From Catajapyx aquilonaris (taxonomy: Eukaryota): a stretch of 20,000 bases of DNA. The stretch is from the NCBI GenBank assembly GCA_000934665.2, contig KZ538095.1:108579-128578 (forward strand), written 5' to 3'. Position numbers and translations under genes: made by a program. The notes under the pieces were generated by a model that saw only the letters and a list, made by a program, of their open reading frames with translations, was not told the DNA's origin and made no database searches. The number at the start of each line of letters is the position of its first letter. Position 1 is the first letter of the stretch. Below are positions 11,557-20,000 of this stretch, one piece after another.

Positions 11557-11796
11557 ATGGCAGAGTCCGCCCAGAAAGACGGGCTCTCATCTCGAAGCTT
11601 CATTTCCGTCTGTTGTTTTCTTACGTTATTGATTTTCGGACCAGTGAACGTGGGGGCCGGCCTGGCCAAATCGCCCAAATCAAATCAATCCACACCCCCC
11701 ACCCACCCCACCCAACCCTCCACCTTCTCAGCCCCTGCTCTTTTCTTCTTGGACTATAGAAAAAGGCTTTTCTTGCCGACAGCCCACTGCTGGTGA
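11557..11796 (+). CDS. Hypothetical small ORF / coding exon with signal-peptide-like N-terminus
   Basis: MAESAQKDGLSSRSFISVCCFLTLLIFGPVNVGA-GLAK... lies 23 nt after the candidate acceptor, with a donor-like CTG/GTGAGA at 11790-11798. No recognisable homology. Confidence 0.15.
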   Translation: MAESAQKDGLSSRSFISVCCFLTLLIFGPVNVGAGLAKSPKSNQSTPPTHPTQPSTFSAPALFFLDYRKRLFLPTAHCW

Positions 11797-13207
11797 GATG
11801 AACAAGTTTTTCCAATGGAATAATCATCAGACTTGAAAGCATCACTTTATTATAGGTAAAATAGGAATTTGAATAAATCTTCCAGCCAAAATTCGGCCAA
11901 ATTTGTCAAATTCCATGGAATTATTTTCAGCCTCTCAGATCCACGACTTGCGGATTGTTGGTGGAAGCAGCGATAAGAGATGGTGGGATTCTGGTCTTGT
12001 TGGTTGGGATGATGAAGGATCCAGGCAGCTAGGGCGTAATATGGGCGGGAGAATGGCCGCTCCGGGTAAAATTAGAGCGCCCCGAACCGATTGCCTGTGG
12101 GCCCCCGAAAGTAATAAGGAGTCTGAGGGTAATAAGAACGTGGCGCACGTTGGGTTGCACTAGCTATGATTCCTTTTTTTTAAATGACTTCTCGCCACAT
12201 CCAGGGAACGAACATCACCGCAGGATCCTCGGAATGGATAATGGGGCTTGGAAGAAATTTTTTTGCAAAAATGTTCTAGAGACAACAAGCAAAATTTGGG
12301 AACATTCATTCTTTGGTAACGCATTAATTGTTGAATTAATTTACCGAAGCACATGATCGCAATATTAAAGCAATTATGCAAATGTTTCATACAAATATTG
12401 CAAATGACGAAATTTAAAATTTTAAATTTTTAAAAAAATATCGACAGATATATCGATATATCGTACAGTTCAATCCCCCTAGGGACAGTTTTGGGATGAG
12501 AAGAACCGGAAATCTCAACCCCCCCCCCCCCCTCCTTTTTTTCAGTCTACGCAAACAAAAGTCCGTGGACTTTGTTTACACCTTGTCTTCTGGCGGGGGG
12601 GGGGGGGGCGGCTGGGGAGAAATTCGCAGCCAATTTCCCGCACTTTTAGAGTACGAGTAGGGTGGAAAGGAAAAAAGGTGCGCGTATAGCTAAAAAAAAA
12701 AAAAATCGCTCCGATTCAACGGCTGTGGGAAATCAAATGGGATTACATGAAGCAGGACAGGAGGAAGCATGCAGAGGGGTGGGTAGGATTTGGGTCGGCT
12801 GAGGTCAATGTGTGGTTGCCGGATAGGGTTCGAGGTTTGTCCCTTATTGACTTTGAGAGTCGCTGTGCAACTAATCTCAGAAAAAAGCGGACCCCCACCT
12901 TTTTTGTGGGGTGGCGGGTGATGGATTCACTGATGCTGCACCAAAGTAACGGTTACTGCATAATCGATTGGCTAATAGGGTGACCAGTTGATAGGAGGGG
13001 GGGAGGAAGGTTGCTATATGTTAACGGTGGGAAAAAGAAGTTCGGCGGAACAATTATGTGGTATGAATGTGGGACTTGCCAGATGTGCTAAAATGGCATT
13101 ATTTCCTAATCTGCACTAATGGACTATAACTACTCCGAAAAATCGAACAGTTACCCACTGCGGGTATGTGAAGACAGAAGAAATGGCATGCACACTAGTA
13201 ATCCCCA

Positions 13208-13256
<49 letters not shown>
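13208..13256. repeat. (TAT)16 trinucleotide microsatellite
   Basis: Perfect tandem TAT x16 plus T. It explains the poly-Leu in ORF 13168..13362. Confidence 0.97.
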
Positions 13257-15039
13257 GTGCAGAGGTGGTGACTACTTTTTTTTGTTTGGTGTGATTAACC
13301 GGTGTGGAGTTAATTCGGGTGCTTTGCCAGAATGGGACGACTTGGACGCAGTGTCGGCGTAGGATGTACGAGGAGAGGCCCGGAATAATTTGCTAACGTT
13401 GGGCGGCTCTCCTTGTCCCCATGGAGAATGGCGAAAAAGCAGGCGGCGCTGATCACATGTTCGCTGTCCGGAAAATGATGTGGGGGGGTTGGAAAAGGGC
13501 AAAAGAGTCGGCGAGAGAGGGAGAACCAGGGGGGTCGAAGGGGAACGGACGGAGGAGCAAGGTCAATTATGTAAGCACATTCGGTTGGCTGGTTGGGGTT
13601 GGCACCGTCCATCTTGGATCCTGCCTTCTGCCAGTATTTGTGCACAGTCAGATGTAAAAAGGCCGTATCTGCCATGAGACACCAGCGTTTCTCTGTGAGG
13701 GAAATCAGAGTTTCCAAGTAAGGAGCCGGATTAATTCTGGGAGTAACGAGGGTCCAGGTTGTCTTATCCTAGCTGGCGAGTAAAGTGGCATGCATTGAGC
13801 CATCACGACGGTACAGGGCTCATGTAAAGGGCCCATGAAACGTCTCCAAGCCCTTCTCCCCCCACCCCCCCATCCCGGAAAGTGTCCCGCCTCCGATTAG
13901 CCTGTCCGTTTGTTTGTGCGATATATAACCGTCTTAATCGCGCAAGTGAAACCGCACGCAATCACACATGGCCCAGGCAGGAAAGAGCCTCTGGAATTGC
14001 CCTCCTTTACGGCCCAAACGGAAGGAAGGAGGCAGCTCCCGGAAACTCCAGTCTTTCCTCTTCCGCCTTCATGTACCAAACCAAGCAAAGGAGCCCCCCC
14101 AAAGCCATTTCTTGCCCATCTCCGGCCTTTATGAGATAAAGGCTGGTTCCGCTACTAGTAGATGCTGGTCTTATTCTAATGCACATTTTGCCTTTCAAAA
14201 AAATCCCCAATTGCTAGCCTGGGATATATATATAAAAAGTGCGTGTCCCCTCGTCTAGTTTTAGTCTGAGTATCCGTTGGACCTACTGGACTCTCCCCAC
14301 CTCCCTAACCTCCCCCAGGGAGCAAGGCTGGGACTCGAGTGGCATTACGGAGCCTACATGCTTTTAATGGAGCTTTGATATGTTGCGCGCACTTCCCGGG
14401 GAATTATGGGCCATGACGAGAAGGTCCCTAGGGCAAGGCGCCCGCTGAAATCTGTCATCGTCGCAGGCGCCCTCCACCACCACCATTCCCTGCCTCCCCC
14501 CCTACGACAACTCACTCTAGTGAATGCGACCACCCACCCCTCCTCTCTCAAAATGATTCCTTTTGCTTGCAACCCCCCAACCAGGCTGTCCCCCCCTACT
14601 CATATACTCTGCTGGGCATGTGTCAGTCAGACCCAACGCGTTGGACATGCAGCATGAGGAATGGGGGGAAAAGTTGTTTTCTTGCTGGTGTTTGCATAAG
14701 GGCTGACGAGCTATGGGCATAAGGCTTGTGTAGAAAAATGTTGTTTTTGGCACATTTGGAAATGATAATTTTAGGCACGATATTGGAAGAAAGTATATTG
14801 AGAATAGTTTTTATTACCTCATCTGAGGAGGCCAATTACGCTTTGGTTAGCGGAGTGTTCGCATATCGTTTGGACTTGTAAAAAAACGACGACCCTTCTT
14901 TCACATAGCACATTCTGAATGTTGGAGTGACTGATGCAACTTGATATGTGCGGGTGATCATGCCTGCCAATAGTGTAAATTAGAGGTCGAAATTGGGCCT
15001 GCTGGTTGTATGGCGGAGACGGAATGCAGCATCAGAGTA

Positions 15040-15251
15040 GGGAGAGGGGTGGGAGGGTGGAGGGGAAAGCTATAGAGTGAAAAATGGCGTCGTGTCCGAA
15101 CAGGGCTTCATTATGGTCCTGAGGGGGTGGAATTTTGCTCCGTATGTCTAGCCGTTAAGCGCGTACTACACGATTGGCTCATTCCGCCTAATTGTAACTA
15201 ATCTAAATTTCATAGGATGGGAGCTAAAAGTTGATTGGTCGGGGATTAATG
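15040..15251. promoter_or_regulatory. Candidate promoter/enhancer module (G4 motif, YY1-type site, two inverted CCAAT boxes, TAAT cores)
   Basis: G tracts 15040-15065, AAAATGGCG 15081-15089, CGATTGGCT 15171-15179, TAATTG 15189-15194, TGATTGGTC around 15232-15240 and GGATTAAT around 15244-15251. Confidence 0.4.
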
Positions 15252-16445
15252 TTATGGCGCAGTCTAATCACCTGTAATGGATACTGGCTACCAAACCAGA
15301 TTCCGCAACAGACTGAAAATTTCCCGGGTTCAAGAGGAGAGGCAATTCAGCTCCCCGGGACTTCATTGGGCCCTATCAATAAAATGCGGGAACCTGCCAT
15401 GCTTTTTGGGGGGCGATCTATCAGGCAAGATAACTGTTCCTCCACTTGAAAGGAATTCCTTCCTAATGAGAAAGGGTTGGGGTAGGATGATGATTTTCGG
15501 CTAAATTTTTTAAGGCTGCTGCTGGGCTACTAGCTGGCTGGCTCAAATTGAGCCAAATCGTGCCTGCCATCGTTTTCCAACTATATCACGTTCGACCTCT
15601 GTGTTTTTAGCAATACCAGGCTTCCAATTCCATTTTATGTGGACTGTACTTTGCCATTACGCTCCGTTTCCCCCCCTCCCACTATACATTAGGCGCTCTA
15701 TGCATTCGCATGGGCAATCCTACTTAGTGATATGGTATGGTATCGCACTCTCTACTTTTTTGTTCAGCATGGGTTCACTTAGTCTGACTGACAGATATGC
15801 TTAAATTTAACATTATTTTAAATATTGATATTATGTAGCTATAGCTGTTGCATTAAATTGTTGGGTTTGCTCCGAAAATATTTTTCAGTAATGAATGAAT
15901 AAATTTATATTATAAGACACCAGGTTATATTACAAAGAACTTTTCATTGCCCTTTTTCACGTATCTTATTCAAAGCGTGCAGTATACGTGACCGTGGCCG
16001 AAATTGCTTTGGATGGAAATGCCGGAAGCTTCATCCTGTCAGATAGATGACCTATACGCCTTTTTTGCCTCACGCACTGCCCAGATTTCAGGGGCAATTC
16101 GCACGCATGCCCTCGGGGTTCAAAACCCAGATTTTTGGAATTCGATGTAGACTCATGTTATTGTGATGAATAGTTGCATTGTAATATTAGTCACATTTGC
16201 AATGAACTAGGTGCTTACAGTGTGGCACAATTTCCTTTTATGGAAATGCGTATTTCATGAGTGGAGCCAGGCAGCGACGAGCTGGTTTGAAGCTGATTTT
16301 CACAGGTTGGCACAAGTTGAGCCGAGTGTGGAAAACGCCTGGGGTTTTTTGGTCAAGCTGTCCCGGTGTAGGCGTCTAGGGAGTAGCATTGGGCACCCTG
16401 CGGAATTTAGCCGCCGCTCACTCTCACCCTGCCTCTTTTCTACAG

Positions 16446-16675
16446 CAGGCTTTAGCCTCTGACACATCCCCGGAGGACGTCCAGAACAAAAGGCCACAGG
16501 CGCTGCTGCCGCCATGTGTTGTTTCCATGTCCGGTCCGCCTAGATTCAGACAGACAACTCTTCTCTGTTCTCTCCAACTACGCCTGTCCCCAAAATTCCT
16601 CTCGGACGTCCAAGCCCCCTCGGATTCTGTTCATCCACCCAAAGCGACAAAAAAAAGGAATGTCCACCATAGTGT
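16446..16675 (+). other. Possible 230-nt internal exon (coding or lncRNA)
   Basis: Branch-like GCTCAC 16416-16421, pyrimidine tract, TACAG/CAG acceptor at 16445 and donor GTGAGT at 16676-16681. One frame is open across the whole interval, but the peptide is unrecognisable. Confidence 0.2.
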
Positions 16676-17244
16676 GTGAGTCAATAATATCAACATAATG
16701 TCCATTTTTTGCTTATAACTGGTGATAATGTGAGCTAAGGGCACTTATTGTTGGTCCGAGATTATTGGGGTCCATAAAGGGTGGTGCGCGACAGTAGCGA
16801 CGCTCTGACGGCCTAGTGGCGAACCACGCTCCCCACACACGGCCGTTGCGGGCAACTAACCATCCCCTGGAAGTGCTCAGAGAAAAGAGGGGTCGCGTGT
16901 GTGAGGTCCATGTAAGACTCTGGTGGTTCTGGACTCGCGCTCCACTGACCCGTCCGAAAAGACCAAGTTGGCGACTAAAACGCGTTCCGTGTAAACAGGG
17001 GGATTGAGGCGACCTCTCTCTCTTCTTCCTCCTTGTCTTGTCCTCTGGCGGATACCAACTGAGGTGGAAGCGCAGGGGATATATTGGCTGGCTGGATTCA
17101 TCAGTACCAGGCTTAGCCTTTTTCTTGGGATTGCGGGGCCTGGAGACTAATCTTGGTCTCCAGACCCTAGTCTCTCTTATCTGTGATGACGAATTGTGAT
17201 GAGGTTTACGGGTTTTATCTCCGTTACATTCCAGCCTTGGTTTT

Positions 17245-17277
17245 GGGGGGGGGGGGGGGGGGGAGGGGGTGGGGGAN
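17245..17277 (+). repeat. G19 homopolymer plus G5 tracts ending at a second single-N assembly junction (17277)
   Basis: G19-A-G5-T-G5-A-N read directly. The sequence next to the N may be unreliable. Confidence 0.85.
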
Positions 17278-17294
17278 TTGAAGAATCGCCTTTA

Positions 17295-17397
17295 GGGGGT
17301 GACGTCACTGGGTAACGGGTTCTATGTGACCTGGCTATCCAAATGGGGGCCACCTATCTCCCTCCAGGAGCAATTTCCCCCCTGCCGCCATTTTGGA
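17295..17397. promoter_or_regulatory. Candidate regulatory module (CRE palindrome + YY1/Pho consensus)
   Basis: GTGACGTCAC 10-bp palindrome at 17299-17308 and GCCGCCATTTTG at 17384-17395, which matches the YY1 consensus. Confidence 0.4.
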
Positions 17398-19179
17398 ATC
17401 TTATGCTCAATTTTTTCTCACTCCGGGAGACAGCGAAACAATAGACTCCAAGTTCAATGGAATGAATAAGGGTCGTGAGCAAGAGCTACAATACTCCGCC
17501 AGCAGTGGATTTACGACCCCATTGCAACTGCTCTTTTCTTATTTGTAGCTTTTTTTCTTTCTAATAACGTCGTTACTATTCGGCGCGTGGCAGCTCTTTC
17601 CTTCTTCGACACCCGAGGCATACTGATCCGGGGCTTATTTTGCCAATGTGGGGCTTTCTCTCTCCTGTCGCCCCCTCCTCCTTCCCCCAACTCCCTCCAC
17701 CCACACCCCCCTCTCAGCTTTCCAGCCAGCCAACCAAGCAACCTGCTTCATTGCTGGCAAGGAACTTTGCTCCCCAACTCACCCTTTCATTGCCCTCCCC
17801 ATGCTTTTTTATTCCGCTTAAAAATCGACGACACTAAAACTCCGGGCTATCAGGTCGCGGGTGTCGTCAAATCGTAAACTGGTGCTTATTGGCATACCCG
17901 AATTTTAATCAGCTCGATATCACTTTAGTCTTGAGCGGGGGAGAAAATGTTCGCTTGGGACATTACTCATGAGCAATGCGATGAATAAGAAGAAGGGGAT
18001 CTGTTCCACGTGTGGGGGATGGGAACCAGACACTGTTTATATGTATATTCGATGATGCAGCTAGAAGATCTGTTGAAAATGGTTGGCTTGAATTACTAAC
18101 AGTGAATGTTCGCGATGTATCGATATTCTTGGTCAAATCCTGAGCCTTGCGATTGGCTGTGATAGTACTGTATGCAACATGATTTTGAAACAACTCATCT
18201 TCTACCACTCCACATTACATGGTCAACTACTGTCCACCAGCTAACGTGCTCGAGCACATAATTTAGTGGACAGCATATACTGTCAGGATAAAACAGCGTT
18301 TTTGGGGACAAGAGCTGGTTACAGCTCTGGTCCATGATATTGCTCGACGCAAATTGCACGGGTTATACGCTTTTTTTCATTATAGCACGGTGTGAAGTGG
18401 GTTCATTTTGGAAACGAGTGCACTTAAGGTCCTCTCTGATCAGTACATCGTTCAGGGGCCATCGTGTTTAGCCACTTTGGCGCTCAACTATAAAAAAATA
18501 CACTAAAAAAACGAACATGTTGGCATGCACTTGATCGGCCTCCTCGTGTCCAGATTCCCATAGAGCGGACGTAGCATAGCCCAAGCTGGCAGAGGGAAGC
18601 CAGGCGCTGGAGTGTTTTCTATTGACTGGGTGTCAAAAGGCCCCCACCAGTTCAACCCCCATACCCTTCATCCCCCCCACCCCTCTGCTGCTCTGCTGCT
18701 GTGCCCCCCACCCCACCCCCCGATGAAAAGTACCAGCCTCTCGGCATGCCAGCGGAGTGATTCACGTGCAAAATGACCATAAACGATGCAGATCACATCG
18801 CTGCCGGAGCTTTTGTGGCGGTCGGCCAAGCGCTGCCGAATTCCCGCTTGAGGTGGCTCCATCTCTACACTTCTGTCTGCCACCCCATCCTCGCTAAAAA
18901 AAAATTGGGAATAAAAACCGCCAAAAAAACATCGGATCATATTCTACGTTCGAAGGCCGCCAATAAACCTACACACTTGGGTGCAGCTTGAAATGAGGCT
19001 CGTTTATTTTGAAAATCTTTACCGGTCGGTTAAAGGACAGTCATAACTTGGCCGTTAAAAACCGTTGACGCCCACCACGCTGGATGATTTACCGCATATT
19101 GATGCAACAGACTTTCATACCTTGCAGATAAGCAGTTGTAGGCTTCATTTCAACGGGCAAAGGGACTTTGTAGCTAATT

Positions 19180-19818
19180 ATGTTTATTCACCGTAAATCT
19201 TGTTCCCGAGCGGTAAAAGTCCGGAACTTATCACCTTCGGCGAGCTGCCATTCGTGGCCTTCCTTTAGTGACGTGGAGCCGACGCGGCCCATTAGTACAG
19301 GAGGCAGAGAGGAACAGGAGGATCGAGTCTGGGGTGGTGGTGGGTGCTGCACCTGCTTCCAACGGAATCTTCCCTTTTTATCTCCATATAGAGCCGGGTC
19401 TCTGGATCTCCTTGCTTCCAATGGCGAGTGTCCCTCGGCCATAACCCGAAGGCCACAAAACGGAATGAGTTACGGCGACTCCCTCGATAAACCCTGCCCG
19501 GTTCGGCCCCCAGCAGAAAAGAAAGATGCTGCAGCACTAGCTACCTTTATGCACGGACCGAACGACCCGTCATGTCCGTGTCGAGAATCCTCAAGAAAGG
19601 ACACACAGACGCCATTTTCACTTGGGTGTCTTTCTCTAGAACGGGTTCGGGTAGATCAAGACTGGTTGCTTCTACCCTCCCCTCGATTACATTTCCGGAC
19701 GCTTCCAGAAATGTTCCGGTACATTCGGGGGTATATAGGAGAATTGCTTCCTGTGCGTGGACTGATTTGTTCCGGTGTTGCTGCTATGGGCAGTCACGCA
19801 CAGAAAGACGCAAATTGA
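19180..19818 (+). CDS. Longest ORF in the window (212 aa), hypothetical, possibly spurious
   Basis: ATG-initiated 639-nt ORF not explained by a simple repeat. It has no recognisable domain, and its Ser/Pro/Arg/Gly/Cys-rich composition is typical of translated non-coding GC-rich DNA. Confidence 0.15.
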   Translation: MFIHRKSCSRAVKVRNLSPSASCHSWPSFSDVEPTRPISTGGREEQEDRVWGGGGCCTCFQRNLPFLSPYRAGSLDLLASNGECPSAITRRPQNGMSYGDSLDKPCPVRPPAEKKDAAALATFMHGPNDPSCPCRESSRKDTQTPFSLGCLSLERVRVDQDWLLLPSPRLHFRTLPEMFRYIRGYIGELLPVRGLICSGVAAMGSHAQKDAN

Positions 19819-20000
19819 ATGGAAAATCTCTGATTGCGTCTTGTTGCAAGATTGCCCACTGCATGACACCACGAGGAGCACCCAGATATTTAAAATTAAG
19901 GATCCCTTACCGAAATTTTCTCTACCTCGCGGCGAGGTCGTCAGACGAGCTTATGGCCACCCAACCGCATACTAGCGGTTGTTTCATTTCGCTATGTCGC

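Noticed and set aside
12976..12987. TAGGGTGACCAG (also AGGGTGACCAG at 10647), and TTAAAGGACAGT at 19030, resembling DNA-transposon termini
   Set aside because: No inverted partner terminus or target-site duplication was found in the window.
15957..15991. CAGTATACGT matching miR-iab-4 5' end inside an 8-bp inverted repeat
   Set aside because: Only 10 nt match and the hairpin is too short for a pre-miRNA.
681..17868. Isolated 8-9-bp stem inverted repeats (681-700, 870-906, 17136-17167, 17827-17868)
   Set aside because: About this many are expected by chance in 20 kb. They have no shared sequence or spacing, and they are not bacterial terminators in this context.
18154..18164. TGGCTGTGATA: extended K-box, i.e. 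the 5' 11 nt of miR-2/13 family on the minus strand
   Set aside because: There is no good precursor hairpin and no evidence of a 3' UTR. One 11-nt match is unsurprising after scanning for many miRNA families.
18277..18293. ATACTGTCAGG similarity to miR-8/200 family
   Set aside because: The seed differs and no precursor-length hairpin is present.
1..20000. Homeobox exon, CRISPR array, tRNA/SINE, or prokaryotic operon/defence system
   Set aside because: I found no WFQNRR-type coding stretch on either strand, no regularly spaced repeats, no properly spaced A/B boxes with a cloverleaf, and no gene-dense ORF organisation.

Overview
This window looks like gene-poor, non-coding eukaryotic DNA. It is not bacterial or phage sequence: there is no dense ORF tiling, and I could not recognise any protein domain, tRNA, rRNA, CRISPR array or transposase. 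The listed ORFs are nearly all low-complexity by-products of G/C/A/T homopolymer tracts. CpG is not visibly depleted, and YY1/Pho-type (CGCCATTTT), NF-Y-type (AGCCAAT) and CRE-type (TGACGTCA) words recur. This tentatively points to an invertebrate animal intergenic or intronic region rich in cis-regulatory DNA; a fungal origin cannot be excluded. GC-rich blocks with many G/C runs alternate with AT-rich spacers (about 3000-4060, 6440-7430, 7950-8500 and 15800-15960). The best-supported discrete features are a ~200-bp fold-back, MITE-like element at 8087-8311, several microsatellites, and two single-N assembly junctions at poly-G runs (one with an artefactual duplication). There are also several motif-dense candidate promoter/enhancer modules and a tight cluster of four inverted repeats at 9852-10034. 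I found no convincing novel protein-coding system; the leads are regulatory or structural and mostly of modest confidence.
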